This document shows positions 1 to 11,436 of a stretch of 64,000 nucleotides of DNA, piece by piece. The translations under genes were made by a program, and so were the position numbers. Under the pieces are notes generated by a model. The model had not been told where the DNA came from, made no database searches, and was given only the letters and a program-made list of their open reading frames with translations. Each line of letters opens with the position of its first letter. Position 1 is the stretch's first letter. This DNA comes from Malacoraja senta (Eukaryota): positions 186,001 to 250,000 of the forward strand of contig CM075999.1 in NCBI GenBank assembly GCA_038087875.1, written 5' to 3'.

Positions 1-402
1 AGGAACAGGCCCTTCAGCCCACTACGTCCATGCCAAACACAAGCCTTGTGGGATGCCTGCACATGATCCATATCCCTCCATTCCCTGCATATCTATGTGT
101 CTATCCAAAAGTGTCAAATACCACTATCGTATCTGCCTCAACAACCTGGCAGCACATTCCAGGCACTTACCACCCTCTGTGTAAAAGTTTTGCTCTGCAC
201 ATCTCCTTTAAAATCCCCCACCCCCCTCAACTTAAATCTATGCTCTCTAGTCTTTAACATTTCCACCTTGGAGAAAAGATTCTGACAGCCCTATCTATGC
301 CTCTCATAATTTTGCTTACTTCTTTCGGGTCTCCCCTCAGTCTCCGACACTCCAAACAAAATAATCCAAGTACAATCTAACCAGGCAATAATCTGTGGCT
401 GG

Positions 403-533
403 CTGTAGGAAGAAACTGCAGATGCTGGTATAAACCGAAGATAGACACAAAAAGCTGGAGTAACTGCAGGACAGGCAGCATCCCTGGAGAGAAGGAATGG
501 GTGACGTTTCGGGTCGAGACCTTTCTTCAGACA
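403..533 (-). mobile_element. Short Penelope-like pLTR fragment with hammerhead-like core
   Basis: Same sequence as the 3' region following the GIY-YIG remnants elsewhere in the window. Minus strand reads GTCTGAAGAAAGGTCTCGACCCGAAACGTCAC. Confidence 0.75.
501..532 (-). ncRNA. Minimal type I hammerhead ribozyme-like motif
   Basis: CTGAAGA, hairpin, GAAAC, GTC cleavage triplet. One stem II mismatch (AGGTC/GACCC). Confidence 0.55.
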
Positions 534-1812
534 TAATCTGTGGGCCCAGTTTCCTTAAAATCATGGTCCTGCAAATGTAAATATTATGCACTCTTTAATT
601 CTGCCAGATCTTGAACATAACTCACCCTGATGACCACTTGGAGGAATCTGCTATCACGATGCACAGGGAATCAGTCTTGTTCAGCTTCCTGTCAGTTGCA
701 AAGTTTATTTAGTGGCTTCCTTACTTTACTGCACAAAACACACACCATGACGATCAGATTGAGGCAAACTACCCCACCCTCCCGCTTTGCCTGCATTCTA
801 TCCGCATTAGATGTTTCATCATTAGCTCAACACCAAAGCCCTGGAGAAGGAAGTGACTGCGGATGTTGGAATATTGAGCAAAACAAGCAAACTGCGGGAG
901 GACATAGACACATGTAAGTGGAAATGCGTATAACACAAAGTGCTGGAGTAACTCAGCGGGTCAGGCAGCATCTTTGGAGCATGTGGATAGGCAATGTTTC
1001 AGTTTGGCACCCTTCTCCAGACGTTGCCTATCCATATCCTCCAGAGATGCTGCCTGACATGCTGAATTGTCCGAGTTCCCTCTGGAGAGAAATGGACAGA
1101 TTAAATTTCCAGTCGGGACCCTACTTTACACTACTTTGTATGGCCCAATCATATAATATTTTGATTGGGCAAAGTTTAGGTGAATCAGTTTTCCACCCAT
1201 GATGATTCCTATGTTTTCCATTTTCACAGGTTATTAGGAGTTTAGTAGTAGAGCCTTAAAGCATGGAAACAGGCCCTTTGGCCCACCTTGTCTATACCGA
1301 TCAAGTTAGTATAATGTACCAGTCCCATTTGCCTGTATTTGGTCCATATCCCTCTATGCATAAATCCATCCAAATTTGAAAGTCCACTTCCATAATTTCC
1401 TCTGGCAGCTCATTCCAAATACGGACTGTTCTAAAATGAGACAGTTGTCGCCGAGTTCCCTCTTAAACATCTCCCCTCTCATCTTAAGCCTGTAAATAGA
1501 GTAAAGTTCCCAAGGACCATGGTTTTTAGGTCTGTGTGGACTTGTAGATCTTATTCAAAGACACGTCACTAGGATGCAGAGAAATATAAAACTACTTCTT
1601 TTATTCCAACGGCATCTTGTTGTGTGCTTATATCAACAACAAGTTTACTGTTTCCCCACATGTTGGCTTAGAAGTTTATCACAGACTCTTTTGGCTTCTC
1701 ATAGCAGGCGGGGTTAGAGATTTTGATCAATAATTAGTCCGTGTCAGCTTACTGTGAGTTAAGGTGGACCTGCTGAGGATTGCCTGCAATAAATAAGTAA
1801 TACTTTGCCACT

Positions 1813-2780
1813 GATAATAATAATAATAATAATAGATTTTATTTTAAGGGCGCCAAATACCGAGGTCTCTAGGACACCTTACAATTTAAGAAACATATAA
1901 ACATATAATCAGAGTAAAACAAGTTATAAAGACATCACAAATACACAAATTAGAAACAGAAATTCGATCCAAAAAAAGACAACAACAAAATTCAGAAAAC
2001 ACAACATGAAGGGAGAGCAGCGGCAGCCAAACCGCGCCAGCGTACACTCTCCCTTCCGCCCGCCATGTTGGACATAGACTAACACAGACTAACACAGACA
2101 CTTAACACTACACACAAAATCATCCCCCCACAATGGTTACCACTGTGGGGGAAGGCACAATGTCCAGTCCCCAACCCAGTTCTCCCCAGAGTCAGGCCCA
2201 TCGAGGCCGCCACAGTTGCCTCTACGGAGGCCCGATGTTCCTGGCCGTCGGGAGAGTCCTCGCAGCGGCTGGAACGGCCGGTTTCCCAGCGGAGTCGATG
2301 GCACCTGAAGCCGAGTTGGAGCCACGAGGCTCCCGATGTTGGAGTCGGCGCCACCGCTCGCAGCTGGTCGCTCCGCAGTCCCGCAGCCCGGAGGTGTTGA
2401 TCTCGGCGGTCAACGCATACCGGAGCTCCAGCGCGTCGACCCAGCGCAGCGACCCAGGCAAGGCATCGCCCGCTACGCTCCCCGATAGGGCTCCAGCGCT
2501 GTGCCGCCGACCGAAGCTGAAGGTGCTGGGCGGTCCCCGCCAGGAAACGGCGCTCCTTGCCCGCTGGTAGGCCACGAGGACGGGTCGATGAGGCAGCCTG
2601 GAGAAAAAGCTGCCTCACCGACCAGGTAGGGACCTAGAATAAAGTTATCCCCACTCACCCTACACTTAGAAGTAGATTTCTCCAGCACACTGGACAATAG
2701 ATAGACTAAAACTATTAAAAAAAGGTGATTTAAACGGACGGCTGCTGGTTAGCAGCCGTTTCCCAACATGGCTCCTCCTC
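1813..2780 (-). mobile_element. GC-rich non-autonomous retroposon-like insertion with (TTA)n 3' tail
   Basis: (TAA)n run at about 1813-1833 on +, a CpG-rich body, several hairpins and the shared GCCTTCC..CACAG/..TGTGG..GGATG hairpin at 2121-2156. Confidence 0.6.
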
Positions 2781-3649
2781 TGTCTATCTATTGCCCATCC
2801 CACACATCAAAGTATGGCTGCCATTCAATTAGATTATCAATTGTTTTACCAGATGTATTGGTAATTATGCCGAGATACTATTGTATACAGTCCTTGTGAG
2901 TATCTTAAACAAATGGTGCAACGGGGAGATTCAGATCTGTTGAGCAAGCTATTCCTGGTGTGAAAAATACAAGCCAACATGCACAGGTTTTATGTACGAA
3001 TATATCATACAGTTGATTGCAATTTCATCACCAATCTTCCGAAGAAATGCACATCCTGATGCGACTAAACTCATCGTGTCCAGTTGAAAGAATTAGGCAT
3101 CATAATGGTGCACTCCATGTTATCGCTTAACTAGGTCAAGTGGTAAATGTGCTCAGCTGCTCGTAATAACTTGAGATCCACTTATTGGAGTTGTTGAACC
3201 AAAGAGCAAATCCGATGCTGAAAAAGTTGTAGATTGTAGCGATGTCTCACAATTCTACTTTTACCCTACTCAAACAGCACAGTGGCACTAATGGTATTGC
3301 CACTACCGCACGAGGCCGGAGTCCCGAGGACACAGAGAGGGGCTGCCGAGGACAAAGGGGGTCCCGGAGTGGATCCAGTGTTGCAAGAGCATTAGTGTCC
3401 TCCAATAAATATTGAGATGAACAAAGTCACCATTTTCACTGCCCGCCAGCCATGTGTCCATCCCTTTTCCCGGTCACTTCCTGGGGATGATCCCGATTGT
3501 ATTCCACCTCATAATCCCACTCAACCCTGACCAGGGCTTCCAATGCTGTATCCTTTCCGTCACTGGGGCTCTTCTGCAAAATTCCCTCTTCACTCCCCCT
3601 ACCTCACTTCACCTAGAACTAAGTCTCTTAAACCTGACAGAATATATAT

Positions 3650-4130
3650 AATCATAATAGTATTTTATTAGCCAAGTATGTTTTGCAACATACGAGGCAT
3701 TTGATTTGCCATACAGTCATACCAATAAAGAGCAACAAGACACCCAAATAAATGTTTAACATGAACATCCACCACAGTGATTCCCCAACATTCCTCACTG
3801 TGATGGAAGGCAAAAAAAGTTAAATCTTCTTCCCTTCTTTGTTCTCCCGAGGTCGGGGGCACTCGAACCTTCCGTTGTTGGGGTGATCTTGGCCCCCGCA
3901 GCCGGCGGTCGAACCCTGCGCGTCGGGGCGATCAAGCTCCCGCATCAGGGCGACCTAATTTCCCCCGCGCTGGGCGATCGGACCCCGGGTCAGGGCTGGT
4001 TGAACCTCGTGTGGCTTGGAGCTTCCCGACATCAGCCTCTACCCGAGACTGCGAGCTCCTCGATGTTGGAGCGTCGATCCCAGACAAGGGATTGCAGGCT
4101 CCGATGGTAAGTCCATGGCGGTGCGACTTC
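3650..4130 (-). mobile_element. GC-rich non-autonomous retroposon, probably 5'-truncated
   Basis: AATAAA and AT-rich tail on the minus strand, shared hairpin at 3766-3811, CpG-rich body. Confidence 0.55.
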
Positions 4131-4316
4131 CCAGTGTTTTTCGGATCTCTCCTCACATGGGGCATCTTGGTCGGTATGGACGCGTTGGGCTGAAGAGCCT
4201 GTTTCCACGCTGTTTGACACGGTGACTATTCAATGTTCTGATGTTCCAAAGATGCTATCGAAATCCATTGAAGCAAAAAATGTTGGATCTGGTGAGCGTT
4301 GGATTGTTTGACATTT

Positions 4317-4783
4317 CATAGAAACATAGAAACATAGAAAATAGGTGCAGGAGTAGGCCATTCGGCCCTTCGAGCCTGCACCGCCATTCAATATGATCAT
4401 GGCTGATCATCCAACTCAGTATCCTATACCTGCCTTCTCTCCATACCCCCTGATCCCTTTAGCCACAAGGGCCACATCTAACTCCGTCTTAAATATAGCC
4501 AATGAACTGGCCTCAACTACCTTCTGTGGCAGAGAGTTCCAGAGATTCACCACTCTCTGTGTGAAAAATGTTTTTCTCATCTCGGTCCTAAAGGATTTCC
4601 CCTTTATCCTTAAACTGTGACCCCTTGTCCTGGTCTTCCCCAACATCGGGAACAATCTTCCTGCATCTAGCATTTCCAACCCCTTAAGAATGTTGTAAGT
4701 TTCTATAAGATCCCCCCTCAATCTTCTAAATTCTAGCGAGTACAAGCCGAGTCTATCTAGTCTTTCTTCATATGAAAGTCCTG
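4317..4783 (-). mobile_element. CR1-clade LINE 3' end (ORF2 C-terminus plus 3' UTR), young subfamily
   Basis: ORF 4416..4745 (LEFRRLRGDLIETY...FFTQRVVNLWNSLP) is a CR1 ORF2 C-terminus. (TATGTTTC)n tail. Confidence 0.95.
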
Positions 4784-4829
4784 TTAATGCTGCTTAAACA
4801 AAATGTGCAACTATGTAAAAAATGTCAAA

Positions 4830-5037
4830 GGGACAAGTGCTGGGGTAATGAACTCAATAGGTCAGGCAATTTCTAGAGAACGTGGATAGGTGATGTTTTG
4901 GGTCGAGACCCTTCTTCAGTCTAAAAAAGGGTCCCGACCTGAAACGTCACCTATCCATGTTCTCCTGAGATGTTGCTTGACCTGCTGAGTTACTCCAGCT
5001 CTTTGTGTCCTTTTGTGTATTAGCCAGCATCTGCACT
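4830..5037. mobile_element. Palindromic inverted pair of Penelope-like pLTR fragments
   Basis: Arms are inverted around about 4920. Degenerate hammerhead-like cores on both strands. Confidence 0.7.
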
Positions 5038-6077
5038 TCATAAATTCATGTCATAGTAGCTCATCGAGACTACTCTGCCTCTCAATAATGGCTAATCTAT
5101 CTTTCCCTTTCTCCTGCTTTCTCCCCGTAACCTTTGACTCCCATGGTAATCAAAAACCTGTCAATCTCCGCTTTAAAATTCAATGACTTGGCGTCAACAG
5201 CCGTCTGTGGCAATGAATTCCACAGATTCACCGCCCTCTGACAAAAGAAATTCCTCCTCATCTCCTTTCTAAAGGTACGTCCCCGTTCTTAGTTTCTACA
5301 GTGTAACTATGTGGGATCCAACCCTCCATAGACAGAAACGACTGCTTAAACAATGGCTGTGCATCCATTGATTTGAATTGCCTGCTTTTTACACTGCTAC
5401 ATCCTTCTGCTTTATTGTACATTACAGTGACACCAAACATGAAGAATCGAAGGCCAGGGACACCTCACACAGGATCTGGCAATTGTCAAACACCAACAAG
5501 AGCATAAAGCATCAGAGGAATGATCGTACAGTGTCTCGCGAATGGGCTACAGGCGCAGATTAGGGCATATTAAGCTCTCCAGTCTAGAGAGAAGATTAGG
5601 AGGCATCTCATCGAGGAATATAAAATATTAAATTGTTTGATAAAAAAATAAATCCAAAAGATAACCGGGGTTAGTCGGACAGAGGATATACTGTATATCT
5701 ACACAATAGTTTATCGCAAAAACAAGATCAAATAGACTTTTCTTTTCAAGGGATGATTAATATTAGCAATAACAATCTTCTGTGCAAGGGTACAGAGGGA
5801 AAGAGACTGATTACTGAGGGGACAGGCTTCAATGGGCATAATGACCTTTAGATTCTTATGAGATAAGGTGTAGGAATCCTCCCTGACTGACAGAGAGGAA
5901 TTGGAGCTGACTGTTTTAAATAAATGTACTGGTACAAAATAGAGAATTTGGCTTTTACACAGCTACAAATGCTCTCAAAATCGCAGATCAAAACGTGGAC
6001 ACACTGAGACCGTTAACCATTTGTTACGAGCACATCAGGGCACTGATTGTAAGATAGCCAAACCAGACAGAGGATTT

Positions 6078-6733
6078 AACGGAAGATAGACACAAAAAGC
6101 TGGAGTAACTCAGCGGGACAGGCAGCATCTCTGGAGAGAAGGAATGGGAGACGTTTCAGGTCGAGACCCTTCTTCAGACTGAATGTCACGAGAAAGGGAA
6201 ACGAGAGATATAGAACAATGAATGAAAGATAGGCAAAAAAGTAACGATGATAATGGAAACAGGCCATTGTTAAGGGGTTGGACAGGCTAGATTCAGGAAG
6301 ATTGTTCCCGATGTTGGGGAAGTCCAGAACAAGGGGTCACAGATTAAGGATAAGGGGGAAGTCTTTTAGGACCGAGATGAGAAAAACATTTTTCACACAG
6401 AGAGTGGTGAATCTTTGGAATTCTCTGCCACAGAAGGTAGTTGAGGCCAGTTCATTGGCTATATTTAAGAGGGAGTAAGATGTGGCCCTTGTGGCTAAAG
6501 GGATCAGGAGGTATGGAGAGAAGGCAGGTACAGGATACTGAGTTGAATGATCAGCCATGATCATATTGAATGGCGGTGCAGGCTCGAAGGGCCGAATGGC
6601 CTACTCCTGCACCTATTTTCTATGTTTCTATGTTTCTATGTTAGTTGTTTGTTGGGTGAAAACGAGAAGCTGGTGCGACTTGGTTGGGGGAAGGATGGAG
6701 AGAGAGGGAATGCCAGGATTACTTGAAGTTAGT
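6078..6733 (-). mobile_element. Penelope-like element 3' region interrupted by a CR1 insertion
   Basis: Similar to 10760-11060. Split at CCATTGTTA|...|TTAGTTGTTTG by the CR1 at 6270-6641. Confidence 0.75.
6270..6641 (+). mobile_element. CR1 LINE 3' end, young subfamily, nested in a Penelope-like element
   Basis: ORF 6278..6478 (DRLDSGRLFPMLGKSRTRGH...) and (TATGTTTC)n tail. Confidence 0.95.
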
Positions 6734-6735
6734 AA

Positions 6736-6808
6736 CCTGTTTAGTGCCACCCACCGAGTATACTCGGGTTATGGCCAATCGTGAAAAAATAACTTGGCAG
6801 TGAACAGG
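6736..6808. mobile_element. 73-bp piggyBac-like MITE
   Basis: Imperfect TIRs CCTGTTTAGTGCCA / TGGCAGTGAACAGG, flanked by GTAA and TTAA, with internal palindrome CCGAGTATACTCGG. Confidence 0.6.
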
Positions 6809-7589
6809 TTAATACGTAACTTGGTTCATTAATTTATGCGGGTAGAAAATGATTCATGTACCATAACATACTTTGGCGATAATCAATCGGTTTATGCCTT
6901 TGGGGAGAAAAGTTATATCTATGATTCCAAAATAACATAGATCACTTCTGACTGTATCTGGATTTATCTGATGAATACATTCCAGGTTTATTGATAAAAT
7001 GTCATATCGCTGTTGTTTAATTATACATTCATGTATATTAATATAATATTACTTTGCATTAATCTGGATTTTAGAAGGCATTTTGATAGATATATGGATA
7101 GCAAGGCTTTAGAGGGATTTGGACTGAAAATGGGACTAGCCCAACAACTTGCTCAGCATGGCAGTACAACTATGACTCTGACTCTTTATTTTCAAACTGT
7201 TCAGATGGTTTTTTTTAAATCTCTCTTTTTGAGCAGTAAATGTTTTATAAGGCATCAGATTTGACTCCTTTATTGTGTGCTAATCTGTTGCTATATTAAG
7301 GTTTCAACCACCCTCTGGTTATGAAAATAATCCTCCTCAGTACGCCTGTAAACCGCTTCATCCTTACTGCAAAAAATTGTCCTTAGAGCTTTGGTGCCTG
7401 GGAATTATAGGGAATTGTTAAAGGGAAGATAGGTTCTTGTTTAGTAAAGGGATCAAAGGTCATGGGGAGAAGTCAGAAGAATGTGGTTAAGAGGGAAAAA
7501 TATTATCAGCCTTGATTGAATGGCGGAGTAGACTGGATGGGCTGAATGGCCTAACTCTGCTCCTATGTTTTATGGTCTTATTGTCTTAT

Positions 7590-8165
7590 GGAAATATCTC
7601 CTATTATATCCTTTATCATTTTATATACATCCCTCAGCCTCTTCCACACCAAGGAGAGCAAACCCAACCTCTCCAGTCTCTCTTCGCTGAAACACTGCAT
7701 CGCAGGCAACATCCTGGTGAATCTCCTCTGCACCCTCTCCATTGCAACCTTTGTGTTGCGGCCAAGGACCCCATACTCTACTCCAGCTGTAACCGAACCA
7801 ATGTTTGAGGTGTATAAACATGAGTGGCATAGATATGGTAGACAGTCAGAACCTTTCCCCCAGAGTGGAAATGTCAAAGACTAGAGGGCATATCTTTAGG
7901 AGAAATTTAAAGGAGATGTGCAGAGCAAGTTTTTTCACACAGAGACTGGTCGGGGCCTGGAACGTGCTGCCAGGGGTGGTGGTAGAGGCAGCTACGATTG
8001 TGGCATTTACAAGGTTTTTAGATAGTCATATGGATATGCAAGGAATGGAGAGAAATAGATCGTGTGCAGGCAGCGTAGATTAGTTTTTTACCTGTTATGT
8101 TTGGCACGGCCATGGAGGGCTGAAGGGCCAGTTCCTGTGCTATACTATTCTATGTTGTTCTATGT
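7590..8165. mobile_element. Old CR1 ORF2 C-terminal fragments in opposite orientations
   Basis: Minus strand gives MERVQRRFTRMLP...LERLGL. Plus strand gives GIDMVDSQNL..VEMSKTRGH..FFTQRLVGAWNVLP and a (TTCTATG) tail. Confidence 0.8.
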
Positions 8166-8169
8166 TTAT

Positions 8170-8930
8170 AACCTTGTACCATAACTTCTTTATTCTTATA
8201 TTCTATGCCCTGACCATAGAAGACAAGTGTCCATATTCTTTCTTAAACATCTTATCTACCGGTACTGCAACCACTGTCAAGGACTGTACACCAAAGTCCA
8301 TTTGTTACTCAAAACTCCATCGGGCCCGACCATTCATTGTGTATTTCCTATCTTTATTTGACCTCCCAAAGTAGATCTCCACATACTTGTTAGGATTAAA
8401 TTTCATCTGCCATTGCTCTGCCCATCTCCCCAACTAATCAATAACTTCCCCTAACCTGGGACTGTCCTGTTTGCTGTCAACCACACCAAATATTTTTATG
8501 ACAACTGCCAACTTACCAATCATGCCTCTTATATCAATATTCAAATTGTTAACATTTCTAACGAACATTAAGGATCCCAGCACAAATTCCTGTGGTACGC
8601 TACCAGACATAAGCTTCCACTCACAAGTAAATTCTCCAGCATTACCCACTGTCTCCTGCCGTCAAGCCAATTTTGGATCTAATTTTCCAACTTCCCCTGG
8701 ATCCCATGGGATCTAACCTTGGGCACCGATCTCCCACATGGGGTGTTGCAAAAGACATGACTAAAGTGCTACCAAAGTAGAGTACATCCATTGTACTGCC
8801 CTCAATATTAACCGCTACAAAAAAATATTCAATCAAATGGGTCAGGCAGGATCTCCCGCTGGCAAAACTAGGCTGAGTTTCTTTTAGTAACTCCTACATT
8901 ACCAAGTGTAGATTAAACCTATTCCTCAAG
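8170..8930 (-). mobile_element. Degenerate CR1 reverse-transcriptase fragment
   Basis: ORF 8434..8649 contains SGSVPQEFVLGSLMF, a decayed form of the non-LTR RT motif SGVPQGSVLGPLLF. Confidence 0.75.
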
Positions 8931-10142
8931 ACTTTTTAAAAACAAATCCCTGACTATCGTGGAAGGGAATCTTCTTGAGACTATTGCAGTCATTCTGAAG
9001 AAGGCCCCCAACCCCAAACGCCGGGTATCCGTGATCTCAAGGGATGTTGCTCTGACCCGCAGAGTTATTCCAGCACTTTGTGTCTTTTTGGATGGATTAT
9101 TGGCCAGTTAATGGAAGGAACATTGTGCATTTAGTGTGGGAGGCCGCAGGTACATTTGACAAGTTAGAGACGGAGAATAATAGAGTCACTCACACAGCAC
9201 CGAAACAGGCCCTCAGCCAAGCTTGTGCATGCCAACCAAGATGCCCCATCTGTTAGTCCCTATTTGCCTGCGTTTCCCATCCATGTACCTAAGTGTCTTT
9301 TAAATGTTGTTATAGTATCTACTTCAACTACCTCCACCGACAGCTCGTTCCATATTCCCGCCAAAAGTTGGCTCTCAGGTCCCTATTAATTCGTTCCCCT
9401 CTCACTTTAAACCTCTGTCCTCTAGCTCTTGGTTCCCCACCCTCGGTAAAAGACTTAATGCATTCACCCTATCTATTACACTCATGATCTTATACGCCTT
9501 ATCAGATTACCCATCTGTCTTCTGCGCTCCAAGGAATGCAGACCTAACCTGCCCAACCTCTCCCTGTGGCTCAGCCCTGCGAGTTATGGGATTTGCATTC
9601 ACTGACATTGACCACTTGTGAAGTCACTGAATTTCCTGTAACACTGCTTCCAGAATCTTGGGACTCAACTTTTTCCAATAATATCAAAAAAATCTGCTCC
9701 CCACTGCTCCATTAGCAGATAGCCCAGAGTGCCTTTGAAAGTATCTGGGCTTCGTTGTGACCTGATGAGTGAATCTGTTGCCTCACAGTTCCATCAACCT
9801 GAGTTCGATTCTTGCTTCTAGTGCTCTGTGGAGTTTGCATCTTTTCCCTGTGACGCTGAAAGTGTCCCTGGAATGCTCCGTTTCACATCTCAGAGATGTG
9901 GTGTTAGTTTAAATGGCCACTGTAAATTGACGCTAATGTTTGGGTGAGTATTAGAATCTGTACAGGGTTGGTGGAACAGTATTGGAATATAGAGAAAATA
10001 AAATGGGAATAGTGCAGGATTAGTGTTCATTGTTACATGCTAGTTAGCATGTTTAACCAAAAGACTTGTTTCTGTTTTGTGGTACTCTAAGATTCTATGA
10101 ATCTCTGAGATCAGAGGACTAGTCCTTTCCTCTTCACATCAT

Positions 10143-10480
10143 ACCTTCGATTTAAACCAGCACATTCTATCTCTGTCCTGCCCACTCCCCCGACATCAGT
10201 CTGAAGAAGGGTCTCGACCCGAATAGTCATCCATTCCTTCTCTCCAGTGATGCTGCCTGTCCCGCTGAGTTACTCCATCATTTTGTGTCTACCTTCGATT
10301 TAAACCAGCACATTCTACCTCTGTCCCGCCCACTCCCCTGACATCAGTCTGAATAAGGGTCTCGACCCAAAATGTCCCCTATTCCTTCTCGCTAGAGATG
10401 CTGCCTGTCCCGCTGAGTTACTCCAGCATTTTATGTCTACCTTAGATTTAAACCAGCATCTGCAGTTCTTTCCTACACAT
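10143..10480 (+). repeat. Head-to-tail tandem of a 148-bp Penelope pLTR-like unit, with a hammerhead-like core in each full unit
   Basis: ACCTT(C/A)GATTTAAACCAGCA starts at 10143, 10291 and 10439. CTGAA(G/T)AAGGGTCTCGACCC is present in both full units. Confidence 0.85.
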
Positions 10481-10639
10481 AGACCAAGGCGTTCTGTGTT
10501 ATTTGCCCACACACTCCAATGTTTCATCATCCCTTCCGATGCTACCAGGACCACTGGAATGACTTCCATCACCAAGCCCAGCTACAAAGTCCTGTCTAAG
10601 AGTTCCATGTCTGCTATAATCGAGGCAAGCTAGTTTAAA

Positions 10640-10760
10640 CCATTATAGATGTACCACAGAAAGTATGCAATGGGGTTGTATCACAGTTTGGTTTTGGAAT
10701 ACCTCTGCCCAAGACCTCAACAAATTGCAGAGTTGTGGATATAGCCCAGTTCATCACACA
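10640..10760 (+). mobile_element. Degenerate Rex1/Babar-like LINE ORF fragment
   Basis: Translates as YRCTTES..GCITVWFWNTSAQDLNKLQ, resembling the Rex1/Babar post-RT region. Confidence 0.55.
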
Positions 10761-11436
10761 GTAGACACAAAAAGCTGGAGCAACTCAGCGGGACAGGCAG
10801 CATCTCTGGAGAGAAGGAATGGGTGACGTTTCGGGTTGAGATCCTCCTTCAGACTGGTTAGGGATGAAGGAAACGAGAAATATAGACGGTGATGTGGAGA
10901 GATAAAGAACAATGAATGAATGGTGTGCAAAAATGTAACGATGATAATGGAAACAGACCATTGTTTGCTGTTTGTAGAGTGAAGATGAGAAGCTAGTGCG
11001 ACTTGGGTGGAGGAGGGATGGAGAGAGATGAAATGCCGGGACTACCTGAAATTAGATAAATCAAATTTCATACCACTGGGCTGTAAGCTGCCCACGCAAA
11101 ATATGAGATGCTTTTGCTCCATTTTGCATTTAGCCTCACTCTGACAATGGAGGAGACCTAGGACAGAAAGGTATCTGTGGGAATGGGAAGAAGAATTAAA
11201 GGATGCAACACCTGTCCCTATACCTCCTCCCTCGACTCCGTCCAGGGACCCCGACAATCCTTTCAGGTTAGGCAGGGGTTCACTTGCAACTCCTCCAACC
11301 TAATCTACTGTATCCATTGTTCAAGATGTGGATATATCGGCGAGACCAAACGTAGACTGGGCGATCGTTTTGCTGAACATTTTCGTTCAGTCCGCCTGAA
11401 CCTACCTGATCTCCTGGTTGCTGAACTTTAATTCTC
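10760..11436 (-). mobile_element. Penelope-like element remnant (GIY-YIG endonuclease plus pLTR) with inverted 5' segment
   Basis: Plus strand 11201-11436 encodes FTCNSSNLIYCIHCSRCGYIGETKRRLGDRFAEH. Minus strand 11200-11042 encodes the continuation FNSSSHSH..LLHCQSEAKCK..LQPSGM, followed by the pLTR. Confidence 0.85.

Noticed and set aside
2560..2635. HDV-like ribozyme suggested by TCCTCGTGG on the minus strand
   Set aside because: I could not build P3, P1/P1.1 and P2 pairings with the correct nested double-pseudoknot topology.
2079..2697. Overlapping GC-rich ORFs (also 41439-42155)
   Set aside because: Open on both strands because of high GC inside repeats, with no recognisable domains. 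The 179-aa ORF is shortened in copy B.
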